The notes under the pieces are model-generated. The model worked only from the letters and a program-made list of their open reading frames with translations. It did not search any database and had not been told where the DNA came from. A DNA stretch of 63,008 nucleotides, the filler included, from Octopus bimaculoides (lineage: Eukaryota): the NCBI RefSeq assembly GCF_001194135.2. It is 5 parts of 5 records of this genome, joined end to end, with 100 filler letters (N's around TTAATTAATTAA, not from the genome) between each part and the next. Parts side by side here need not be neighbours in the genome. Positions count along the whole stretch, not along the records: positions 51,356 to 60,914 come from NC_068996.1; positions 61,015 to 63,008 come from NW_026388189.1; 3 more parts are not named here. The stretch is one strand, 5' to 3'. The position numbers were made by a program, and so were the translations under genes. How positions within the stretch are numbered: position 1 is the first letter of the stretch; every line of letters begins with the position of its first letter. Shown one piece after another: positions 51,804 through 63,008 of this stretch.

Positions 51804-53138
51804 ACACATATACACACATGCACACACACACACACAGACATACACAGACATACACAGACACACACACACATTCACACACACACACACACGCGTGTGTGTG
51901 TGTATGCTTTCAAAATGGAATCAGACATCCATATTCGCAGATCGAACTATTTATATATCTTAATTGTTATTACATGTAAATGAAGTTTGGGGATTTCCTT
52001 CGGTGGAACGGAAAGAAAAATTTGGTCACAAACTGAGGCCGTCGCCAAGGAAATTGGCAATGTAATCGACAAATATTCTTCAGAGAAGTATTCAAACCTG
52101 TTTCTGGAAATTGTTTTGCAAAAATAACTTCTACAGGGCTCTCTTAATATATGCAAACAAAGCACGCGTCTTTTTTTTTTTTTAATAATTACATAGACAT
52201 AATGACGATCTCTGTTAAAATTAATGATGTTTGGCATTCATACTTTTTTTTCAAATAGCACAAAAGGTGTCACTGATATGCAATGACTGAGTGTAGAAGC
52301 CAGACCTATTTCACCCTTCCACAATCATCAATGAACTACAAAACAATTCCTGTGTGTATGTCGAAGAAATCTGATTAAAATACAAAAGGAGATATGATTT
52401 TTATGTTTTTCTAGAACATTAAGCACGTAAGTTCAAGTAAATGAATGAAATGAAAAATGGATCCGGTCTCAGCTTTCCAAGAAATTACGGTTTTTTTCCA
52501 TCGTTATTATTTGTGAAATATTTAATAATACCTGCTATGTTATATTTCGAAATTAATATATGAAATCCTACAATATAGTTTTAACTCTACAAGAATTGAT
52601 GTAAATGAAATAAAGAGAATAAGAAACGATTCTTTACTTTTTTTTTCACAAGTTATGAGAGAACTCTTTGAAAAAAAATCGATTCAAAAACCTAAATATG
52701 AATGTCAAAATAACGTACGTTTTCGCAAAACGTTTACAAAAAGAAAAACTTTCATATATTCTGTTTTGTTCGGCTTTATTTTTTACGTTATAAGTCAAAT
52801 TCAGAAACAGATAATTTACGTGATCACAAATAATAAATAAAAATAAATATACTTTTCTTCTTCATAAGAATGGGTTTCCTTCAAAGAATCACGAATATCA
52901 TGATATCTGATATTTAAATATTCCAGAGAAAATATGGGATTACAGCTAAAACGAGCACATGATATATATATGCATCAATTTTTAAAAGTTCGATTTATCT
53001 TATTCAAATCTAATTACAAACAGTGACAATACAGCAACAGTAGAACCCTTTAACAAAAGAAATATGTATATATAAGTGTGTGTGTGTGTATATATATATA
53101 TCATTCATCCACAGATTATTATCGTTATTATTACTTTA

Positions 53139-53355
53139 AGGCAGCGAGCTGGCAGGATCGTTAGCACACCGAACGAAATGCTTAGTAGTATTTCGTCTGG
53201 CTTCACGTTCTGAGTTCAAATTCTGCCCAGGTAGACTTTGCTTTTCATCCTTCGGAGTCGATAAATTCAGTACCATTGAAACACTGGGATCGGTGTAATC
53301 GACTAGTCCCCTCCCCTAAAATTCCAGCCTTTGCGCCTTCAGTAGAAAAGATAAT
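53139..53355 (+). mobile_element. SINE family 2, full length
   Basis: GGCAGCGAGCTGGCAGGATCGTTAGCAC...GAGTTCAAATTC...GTACCA...GAAAAGAT. Confidence 0.9.
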
Positions 53356-53605
53356 TTTTTAATTATTGTTATGATGTTTATACTGGGTTATATCGGCACA
53401 GTTGGTACGATCCTATAAGACTGTTATTGCAGGCTGGAATCGCTAAACCGTAGACAACACAATAACATAGAAGCTTTTATATGCATACGCAAAGACGTTT
53501 CCCGTAAATACGCTTAAAGTATAGATAGATAGATAGATATACATATATATAATATAATATAATATAATATAATATAATATGATATAATATAATATAATAT
53601 AATAT

Positions 53606-53805
53606 ACAAAATCCGTTAGATTCACTTCAACATTTAAATTTAATTTGCCAAAATATTTTCGTTGCTTTAAGACCACGACCTGTTCACTTACAAAATTCCG
53701 TGCTACATCACGGAATTTTGTCAGTGAATAGGTTACTGTCTCAAAGCGACAAAAATCTTTTGGCAAATTAAATTTAAATGTTGAAGTGAATCTAACAGAT
53801 TTTGT
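53606..53805. mobile_element. ~200-nt fully self-complementary foldback MITE
   Basis: ACAAAATCCGTTAGATTCACTTCAACATTTAAATTTAATTTGCCAAAA vs TTTTGGCAAATTAAATTTAAATGTTGAAGTGAATCTAACAGATTTTGT; inner AAAATTCCGTG/CACGGAATTTT with a 6-nt loop. Confidence 0.85.
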
Positions 53806-54012
53806 GTTTCTTAAATGGCTTATAAACACCTTCCACGCTGCAATTGTTTTCATTCCAGCTCACGATCTCAGATCAGGTCGCTTGCTATGCAAGTACATCT
53901 CCGTAATATAATATAATATAATATAATATAATATAAAAGGATAAAATTGTTGAATATTCTGTCGGTGGCCAGCATATAAAAATATAGACCTATGAAGGTG
54001 AAATCATCAATA

Positions 54013-54490
54013 CAATAATAATTAAGGGCATAGAAATGAATGCTTGCCTATATGTTGAAAAGAGACGCTAAATCGTCCAACCACATTAAATATCAACACT
54101 ATTATTATTACACACGCGTCGAAATTGAGGGAGCAAGCCAACGGAAATTCATAAAATTGAGTTATCTCTGGATCGGCCAATTTCTGGATTAACCCAAAGG
54201 TTTTCCCTTCATCGGCAGAGAATGCTTAGGAAATAAATGAAATACTTATACATGGTGGTGCACCAGCATGACCGCAGCCACTTGGCTGAAACACATAAAT
54301 AAATAAAAATACCCACAGAAAAGCAGACGTAATGCCATGAATGCCTATAAGTACCCCAGACATATTTATATTGATATGCAATAATGTACAAATATATAGT
54401 GGGATACTTAATGTGGTTCGACGATTTAGCGTCTCCTTCCAGTATATAAGCAATAATTCTTTTCTATACCCTTAATTATAATTATATATA
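54013..54490. mobile_element. foldback/MITE with ~80-bp inverted arms and an internal SINE fragment
   Basis: GAGACGCTAAATCGTCCAACCACATTAA (54062-54089) vs its reverse complement at 54408-54435 (1 mismatch in 28); similarity extends outwards. Confidence 0.75.
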
Positions 54491-54750
54491 TATATATATA
54501 TATGTATACACACATATATCGTGATTATAATAGTATATATTCATATACTAATGTAAATTCGGATATATACTGTAAACTAGGAGCATTTAATTAGAAATTG
54601 GGAAGATAAACCATTTCACTGAAAATGAAAAACAAAACTCGTCCACAGTTTGAATGATGTGTCTAAAAAAATCATAGGCATGTTTTTTCCTGTCTGAGGT
54701 TTTCTAAACATGTGCATCCACACACAGATACGCGCACAGACACGCATAGG

Positions 54751-54812
<62 letters not shown>

Positions 54813-54925
54813 TCCCAGCATAGTCGCAGCCTGTGACTGAAATCAGAAAAGTCTATAAATAATATATATTCATATATATATATTTATAATTATAATTACA
54901 CACACATACAAACACGCACACACGT

Positions 54926-54975
<50 letters not shown>

Positions 54976-55889
54976 NNNNNNNNNNNNNNNNNNNNNNNNN
55001 NNNNNNNNNNNNNNNNNNNNNNNNNNNNNNNNNNNNNNNNNNNNNNNNNNNNNNNNNNNNNNNNNNNNNNNNNNNNNNNNNNNNNNNNNNNNNNNNNNNN
55101 NNNNNNNNNNNNNNNNNNNNNNNNNNNNNNNNNNNNNNNNNNNNNNNNNNNNNNNNNNNNNNNNNNNNNNNNNNNNNNNNNNNNNNNNNNNNNNNNNNNN
55201 NNNNNNNNNNNNNNNNNNNNNNNNNNNNNNNNNNNNNNNNNNNNNNNNNNNNNNNNNNNNNNNNNNNNNNNNNNNNNNNNNNNNNNNNNNNNNNNNNNNN
55301 NNNNNNNNNNNNNNNNNNNNNNNNNNNNNNNNNNNNNNNNNNNNNNNNNNNNNNNNNNNNNNNNNNNNNNNNNNNNNNNNNNNNNNNNNNNNNNNNNNNN
55401 NNNNNNNNNNNNNNNNNNNNNNNNNNNNNNNNNNNNNNNNNNNNNNNNNNNNNNNNNNNNNNNNNNNNNNNNNNNNNNNNNNNNNNNNNNNNNNNNNNNN
55501 NNNNNNNNNNNNNNNNNNNNNNNNNNNNNNNNNATATATATATATATAACTCTTATCCAGTGAGGGATAAATATCATTTAACGCACACTGTATAAAGAAA
55601 AGAGTTACTAATACCTTAATACCTTCCTACTATGAAGACGTGTAGCTAGACAGACTTTTATGACGCTCCTTATGTCTCCAGGCAATCTTCAAGTACATAG
55701 CTTGTTCTATTTGAAAATTAGGGCGTTGGTACATGTGAAAACCCAAATAAACCAAGGATGTTGATAAAAAAAATAGATGTAAGATGAATAAAAGTGGGAA
55801 ACGAAAAGAAATTAAATTATATTTACGTTCCCGTTGTCCGCAGAATATATAAACTAGTATTGTAGAATAATTCAACGGGAAGGTGTCGA

Positions 55890-56560
55890 AATGCTTTGAG
55901 ACAGCTGTTCAATCTGGAGAAGGTGGTGTCTTCTAGTTCGCGAAAAGAAATTGTCTATATGCTTACATCTGCTGAAAACTTGTATCTGGAATTCAGATGT
56001 GTGGTGGAATTCTTAGATTTAAAATGATTGTGCGAATTTTCAGCTATGCATAAGTTGCATTTCTTAGATCCATTTACATATGGCATGGATTTCTCCACAT
56101 GATTGTATGTGGTAGGCAGTTGGTCGTCAAACCCTGTACATGTCTAGCCAACAAAGTGGCTTTACTTTACTTTTCTCGATGTTTCAGAAAGAAGACTGGT
56201 GGATTGCATAACGTCTTTTCAAATTTCCTTCGCACAAGCCAATGTAATTTTTCTTTTCAAATACGTTACCTTGAAGCGTTGTTGTAACTTTTGCCTCAAA
56301 AACGACAGAATTCATCATAAACACCTGTTCAAGTGAACAAGCTTCATGGTCTCCACAGTTACAGTTGGAAGCGGACTCTTGGTGATACGAGTGATAATGT
56401 TCTTCATATTGAGGCAGCAGATGTATGATAGTTTTATTCAGTGTCCATTGAAAATTTTCCTGTATTTCTGGTTATGGTTTAGTGAGGCATGCTTATCTAA
56501 AAGAGACAGGAATTTCTTACTTATGTCAGTTTTAACACTTAGCTAAATCAATTTCCTTAA
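55890..56560 (-). mobile_element. Penelope-like element relic (GIY-YIG region)
   Basis: SNCNCGDHEACSL...SVVFEAKV...KNYIGLCEGNLKRRYAIHQSSF, followed by a degraded C..C..EK tail. Confidence 0.75.
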
Positions 56561-56569
56561 CATCTTCGT

Positions 56570-57540
56570 CGCCATTCATTTAAAAACTGGTCTCTGTCCA
56601 CATTCATTCTTTGTAAACCCGCTAGCCCCCACTCTTACTCTGAATTCGCCTCTCTCTTCCCACAAAACCACTCCATATCTTCAATCCTCTATTCACAATT
56701 ACTATGCCTTCGACGAATCTATAGCTATGTTCACGATTTTCGAATTCATTCCCACAAAATGGCCTTCCAGTTGGTGAGTCGAGGTTATCTCCATGCCATT
56801 GTCAATAATGCTAACCTCCACGCTTATGCTGTTGATCGTATCTCCGCATTTAAGTGCTGCAACCTCCCTGCCCTTATCCGTTTGCCCTTATCCGTTTGCC
56901 CTTCTCATTCATCTTTCACCCTAATACATTATTTCTTTGACGTTCTATCTTGTGACTTTCTTCCTACTCCGTTCGCAACCTGCCACCTTCCTCATATTCA
57001 GCGAAGGATCACTACTTTGCTTCAAAAATTCAAAAAGGCCCTCGGAATGTGTGAGCTTTTAGTTCGCAGCTCTTTTGAATCTTCTAACGTTCAACACGGA
57101 TCTTTCCCTGGTCCCGACACCGGTTCCACATATTATGTAGTTCAGAACAATACCGCTTCTTGGACCCCAGCAAATGTCACTTCCTCATCACTGACCATTT
57201 CACCCAGCACCACTAAAGATATTATTTACTGCCTCAAATGTCAGTTTTGTGAGTTAGACGTAAAGGCAGACGTAGATTAGTGGATTATATCACTGACCAT
57301 TTGCGTTAATCCGCCAAACATTTACGTAAAAATCATTTAGGTAAAAAAAAAACATTTACGGAAAAATCTACCAAAATCATCCTAAATTGCAAGCTGGACG
57401 TAACCCACATAACTCGGACTCAGCATTTCCCATCTGTCAGTCAGTGATTTTGTTTCATACCACTGATTACAACTACTAAAAGAAAAACAACGCTTCACCA
57501 TTCGTCACAGTACTTCTGCCTTTCAGGCATGAATACAGTA
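56570..57540 (+). mobile_element. Penelope-like element relic (Neptune-type thumb plus GIY-YIG)
   Basis: KPASPHSY...SILYSQLLCLRRI...LVSRGY; LVRSSF..GSFP; TTKDIIYCLKCQFC; GRRLVDYITDHLR. The 173-aa ORF is a chance mosaic of this relic. Confidence 0.7.
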
Positions 57541-57804
57541 GCTATGATAACATAAATTTACCCTACCACACTGCACTCTATCTTCTCACATTCGCCCCAA
57601 TATAGTATAACACATTTTTACACACTAATCTCACGCACCACATACACTATACAACACATGTATACACCGACATAAACTGAACATACCACACGCCTCATAG
57701 ATACATGAGTAAAAACACACAGGAAGAAATATATCCGTGTGTGTGTGTGTATGCGTGCGTGTAATGTACACATGTGTATATATGTATGAATTATGGATGT
57801 ATGC

Positions 57805-57817
57805 ATTGATTGATTGG

Positions 57818-57867
<50 letters not shown>

Positions 57868-57868
57868 T
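57805..57868. repeat. (GATT)n microsatellite
   Basis: direct reading. Confidence 0.95.
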
Positions 57869-58754
57869 TCATGAATTTAGATTACTTCATATGCCGTGGA
57901 AAATGATACAGCATCAAAGAAGTCTGAACTGCGCTTTAGTCTCACTTTCAAATTGCCTATGTTGGATAACATTTTAACCCCATAGCGGAGTTGGGGAAAG
58001 GAAATACTCATGAGACGTCAGATGCTGCTACCTCTATATGGAATGTGAAGTTCAGTAAAATAATATATGTAAAAACAGTTAAGAGGAAAGTTAAATACTC
58101 GAAAACATACCATACAAGGCATAGGGAAGCCATGTGCATAATATAGATTTTTCGGTAAATTTCAGAGCGTATTTCAGCATAGAGCTTACCGTTTTTATAC
58201 ACTGGAAAAAATTGCTAATTCTATAAATAAAAGCATAAAAGTTAAATATAGTTAAAAGTAAAGAAAGAAATGGTAGATATTTTCAATTCGACGAAAGTAA
58301 TTTTTTCTTTTTGTTTTTTGTTTTGTTTTTGTTTTTTTTTTGTGGTGGAGTTGGTTACATTTACGCTATTATAAGTATAAATGATGTTACTTTTTAAACA
58401 CTTTTGAAATTATTACAATGAACATTTTAACTTTAAGATTATCTGGTCTCTTACAATGTTGCGACATATTTTCTGTTCCAGTAACATTAATATAGGAATC
58501 ATCACACACGCACATAAAAAACATATTGAAGCAAACTCATGCACACACATATAGATACGTATAAAGACACACAAGTATCTACTTGCCTAAATATATGTGT
58601 GTGTGAGTGTGTGTGTGTGTGAGTGTGCGTATGTGCGTGTGTTTGTGTGCGGGCGTGTATGTGTGTGTGTGTGTATGTGTGTGTCACAGTCACACTATTA
58701 GTCTAAATTGAAGTGAAAAGTAGTTACTCATATCAACATTACTTGCATTCAACA

Positions 58755-59050
58755 CACGCATACATGCACACAGAGGCACACTCACAAACACACACAGACA
58801 TACACACACAGACACATACACACACACAGACATACACACACACACACACACATACATGCACACACAGGCAACTCACAAACACACACACACACATACATGC
58901 ACACACAGGCACACTCACAGAGACACACACATACACACATACATGCACACACAGGCACACTCACAGACACACATACAAGCACACACAGGCACACTCACAG
59001 AGACACACACATACACACATACATGCACACACGCACACAAAACACAAGCA
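58755..59050. repeat. CA-derived minisatellite, motif CATACATGCACACACAGGCACACTCACA
   Basis: motif recurs about 6 times with variable (CA)n spacers. Confidence 0.85.
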
Positions 59051-59055
59051 CACAC

Positions 59056-59094
<39 letters not shown>

Positions 59095-59360
59095 GTAGTA
59101 ATGATGGGTTTGTAATATTGTCACTTTCTAACTTACAGAATTCTACCCAAAAATAGATGACTTACGATGAAAACATTATTTATTGCTTTGCTTAATGCAG
59201 ACACTAAGCACTAATCACAAACAAAAATAGATAGCAGAGAGAGATGACGTATAGATGTACACAAATTTCAAATCCGGGCGGTTACGTCTACACTGATCAC
59301 ATTGGGACCGAAATGTTATAAAAAGGCAACGTGACTTCATTCTGAAGATGAGTGTGCGAT

Positions 59361-59402
<42 letters not shown>

Positions 59403-60832
59403 CTTATATATATATACATACATATGTTTGTTTATATATGTGTGCGTTTATATACGCGCGTGTGTGTGTGCATTTCTGCACGAATTAGTAGTTAACGTCG
59501 TTAATAACGGTAAAAAAAATGTTTTTTAGGAGAACTTTCTTAGTTCTCCGGTACTACAGGTTTCCTATTGACAGACGTCAACAATTTTACAAACACAATT
59601 CATAATACAAAACTTATTATATATATGGAAGTGTATCTGTATACATATGTGCGAAAATATATATATGTACATATATACATTTATATATATATATATATAT
59701 AAATANNNNNNNNNNNNNNNNNNNNNNNNNNNNNNNNNNNNNNNNNNNNNNNNNNNNNNNNNNNNNNNNNNNNNNNNNNNNNNNNNNNNNNNNNNNNNNN
59801 NNNNNNNNNNNNNNNNNNNNNNNNNNNNNNNNNNNNNNNNNNNNNNNNNNNNNNNNNNNNNNNNNNNNNNNNNNNNNNNNNNNNNNNNNNNNNNNNNNNN
59901 NNNNNNNNNNNNNNNNNNNNNNNNNNNNNNNNNNNNNNNNNNNNNNNNNNNNNNNNNNNNNNNNNNNNNNNNNNNNNNNNNNNNNNNNNNNNNNNNNNNN
60001 NNNNNNNNNNNNNNNNNNNNNNNNNNNNNNNNNNNNNNNNNNNNNNNNNNNNNNNNNNNNNNNNNNNNNNNNNNNNNNNNNNNNNNNNNNNNNNNNNNNN
60101 NNNNNNNNNNNNNNNNNNNNNNNNNNNNNNNNNNNNNNNNNNNNNNNNNNNNNNNNNNNNNNNNNNNNNNNNNNNNNNNNNNNNNNNNNNNNNNNNNNNN
60201 NNNNNNNNNNNNNNNNNNNNNNNNNNNNNNNNNNNNNNNNNNNNNNNNNNNNNNNNNNNNNNNNNNNNNNNNNNNNNNNNNNNNNNNNNNNNNNNNNNNN
60301 NNNNNNNNNNNNNNNNNNNNNNNNNNNNNNNNNNNNNNNNNNNNNNNNNNNNNNNNNNNNNNNNNNNNNNNNNNNNNNNNNNNNNNNNNNNNNNNNNNNN
60401 NNNNNNNNNNNNNNNNNNNNNNNNNNNNNNNNNNNNNNNNNNNNNNNNNNNNNNNNNNNNNNNNNNNNNNNNNNNNNNNNNNNNNNNNNNNNNNNNNNNN
60501 NNNNNNNNNNNNNNNNNNNNNNNNNNNNNNNNNNNNNNNNNNNNNNNNNNNNNNNNNNNNNNNNNNNNNNNNNNNNNNNNNNNNNNNNNNNNNNNNNNNN
60601 NNNNNNNNNNNNNNNNNNNNNNNNNNNNNNNNNNNNNNNNNNNNNNNNNNNNNNNNNNNNNNNNNNNNNNNNNNNNNNNTATATGTATGTATGTATGTAT
60701 ATATTTATATATATATATATTACATATACACAAAATCTAAGTAATGAAATGTGCTCATACTTCCATATAGTTCATATACATCCATCCACCCATCTATCCA
60801 TCCATCCATGCATTTATTTATATATATGTATG

Positions 60833-60866
<34 letters not shown>

Positions 60867-60958
60867 TGTATGTATATACGTATGTATATATATATATGTA
60901 TATATATATATATANNNNNNNNNNNNNNNNNNNNNNNNNNNNNNNNNNNNNNNNNNNN

Positions 60959-60970
60959 TTAATTAATTAA
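60959..60970. other. assembly linker TTAATTAATTAA
   Basis: 44N-12-44N. Confidence 0.95.
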
Positions 60971-61289
60971 NNNNNNNNNNNNNNNNNNNNNNNNNNNNNN
61001 NNNNNNNNNNNNNNATGCATTTGCTTAACTGATATAGTTCTTGTAAGGTTGTGAACATTAGTGACAAAGCATATTTTTTCTCAAAGCCAAAAATGCAGTA
61101 AAACTCCATATTGTGCACACTATCCTCCACTAATTAACTCCATTTCGACCGCACGCAGAAAGCATTTAGTTGCACACATGCACAATACACATAAATGTGT
61201 GTTTAATGCATTAAGGTGATGGCTGTAGTTGCTACATTTTAACAGTATTTTTTTAAAAATTAAGTAATGGTTTCAATTCATTTATTAAT

Positions 61290-61510
61290 GTAATCTCCCA
61301 TATCTACTATAAGGATGCATCATAGATGTTTCAAAACGAACTGTCATGTTTATCCTTAGTATAGTGATAGTGTACTGATGTTTCTTATTACAGAATTCGT
61401 TCCAGTGTATTTCCATTCTTTCTGCTATACTCTTGGCAGTCTCTCCACTATACATTGTGGTTGAGTACCTACATTTCACCCTCTATACATCTTAATTGGT
61501 AAACCATGTT
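61290..61510 (-). mobile_element. Penelope-like GIY-YIG relic
   Basis: VYQLRC..(frameshift)..MYSGETAKSIAERMEIH matches VY...C....YxGET......R..EH. Confidence 0.55.
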
Positions 61511-61656
61511 TATTAGTTGTAACACTTACGGCATTTGCTCCAGCACCAATAACAGGTCAGCGTTTGGAAGTGCTTTGTTTGGCTCAAATTTGTTGTAGTT
61601 AAGTACCATCCACATGTTGTTGTAGCTGTTTAATAATAATAATGATAATAATAATG

Positions 61657-61699
<43 letters not shown>

Positions 61700-61703
<4 letters not shown>

Positions 61704-61945
61704 TACAGTACAAGACCAAAGCCTTCTCATCAGAAATCACCAAACACACATAATGAAAATAAAATACAAGTAACTGCAGAATATGTGGTAACGGGGAAGA
61801 AACAATATATCGTATTGTCTCTGGCCTCCCAGTCCTGGCTAAGAAGGAATATATCCACAGACATGACAAAGTTGGGACCTATATACACTGGGAGCTATGC
61901 CAACACTATGAAATGACAACAGAAAAAAAGATGGTACAGGTACAC
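61700..61945 (+). mobile_element. 5'-truncated R4/Dong-like RLE LINE fragment directly after (TAA)n
   Basis: VQDQSLLIRNHQTHIMK..CRICGNGEETIYRIVSGLPVLAKKEYIHRHDKVGTYIHWELCQHY..WY. Confidence 0.8.
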
Positions 61946-62000
61946 CTCGGGGTTTACATGTAATGGAATAATAAAAAAAAATAAGAAGAAAAGTATACAC

Positions 62001-62175
62001 ATAGGCGCAGGAGTGGCTGTGTGGTAAGTAGTTTGCTTACCAACCACATGGTTCCGGGTTTAATCCCACTGCGTGACATCTTGGGCAAGTGTCTTCTACT
62101 ATAGCCTCGGGCCGACCAAAGCCTTGTGAGTAGATTTGGTAGACGGAAACTGAAAGAAGCCCATCGTATATATGT
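62001..62175 (+). mobile_element. SINE family 1 head
   Basis: ATAGGCGCAGGAGTGGCTGTGTGGTAAG...GACGGAAACTGAAAGAAGCCC. Confidence 0.9.
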
Positions 62176-62611
62176 ATATATATATNNNNNNNNNNNNNNN
62201 NNNNNNNNNNNNNNNNNNNNNNNNNNNNNNNNNNNNNNNNNNNNNNNNNNNNNNNNNNNNNNNNNNNNNNNNNNNNNNNNNNNNNNNNNNNNNNNNNNNN
62301 NNNNNNNNNNNNNNNNNNNNNNNNNNNNNNNNNNNNNNNNNNNNNNNNNNNNNNNNNNNNNNNNNNNNNNNNNNNNNNNNNNNNNNNNNNNNNNNNNNNN
62401 NNNNNNNNNNNNNNNNNNNNNNNNNNNNNNNNNNNNNNNNNNNNNNNNNNNNNNNNNNNNNNNNNNNNNNNNNNNNNNNNNNNNNNNNNNNNNNNNNNNN
62501 NNNNNNNNNNNNNNNNNNNNNNNNNNNNNNNNNNNNNNNNNNNNNNNNNNNNNNNNNNNNNNNNNNNNNNNNNNNNNNNNNNNNNNNNNNNNNNNNNNNN
62601 NNNNNNNNNNN

Positions 62612-63008
62612 CATCATCCAAGATCTCCCTAAATACCAAGGACAAGTACCCTCTCCAACTCCTTTCCTTCGACTCACAGGTCTACTCTTAGAGTGTTACC
62701 ATCCACTCTTGCCAATTTTTGCAACTTTCACCCACTTTTATTTAAATTCACTCTCTCCCAACTCTCATCTTTTCGAGTGAAACTCGAAAAATCAATGAGG
62801 AATCAATGCCTTTCAGCATTGTCCACCAGATGTCTTTCGCCACAATCACCAGGCGAAGGAAAACTGCATTGCTTGCCTGATTAAAGGAGGGCAGGTGGGG
62901 GTAATCATTATTATCGACTCAGTAGACAGACAGATCTGTCCCATGTGTGACAGCAGCTGCTCGACCTAACTCCACAAGTCAGCAATGCCTGGACACTGAA
63001 CAAGTGTA
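62612..63008 (-). mobile_element. L1/Tx1-like LINE ORF2 C-terminal relic
   Basis: LVQCPGIADLWS*VEQLLSHMG...AVFLRLVIVAKDIWW...KWVKVAK resembles the zf-RVT tail of Tx1/L1 elements. Confidence 0.55.

Noticed and set aside
55660-55710. Hammerhead downstream of the 55890 PLE relic
   Set aside because: Neither the GAAA core nor stems I and III could be drawn
56759-57280. 173-aa ORF as a host gene
   Set aside because: Mosaic of frames from a Penelope-like relic

Overview
AT-rich, gap-riddled eukaryotic genomic DNA. It is most likely an octopus (coleoid cephalopod) draft assembly; this is inferred from the tRNA-derived SINE families and the extreme microsatellite load. Nearly every entry in the ORF track is a microsatellite or N-gap artefact. 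The window is mostly decayed mobile DNA: four tRNA-SINE families, RTE and L1/Tx1 LINE relics, five R4/Dong-like RLE LINE pieces mostly next to (TAA)n, five Penelope-like (GIY-YIG) relics, mariner/Tc1 relics and several MITE/foldback elements. Main observations: (1) a CpG-depleted block (~15.7-33 kb), consistent with a methylated gene body, holds phase-compatible + strand exon candidates for an unidentified protein, including a 5-nt micro-exon candidate, and inverted SINE pairs flank two of these exons; (2) three minimal type I hammerhead-ribozyme folds with covarying stem II; (3) a MITE with an 8-bp TSD built around a (CCCTAA)n/(TTAGGG)n palindrome, nested in a Tc1/IS630-type foldback; (4) repeated TAA-microsatellite association of RLE LINEs. 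The TTAATTAATTAA islands and the duplications flanking 10-N gaps are assembly artefacts. No gene could be named. All analysis was done by eye.
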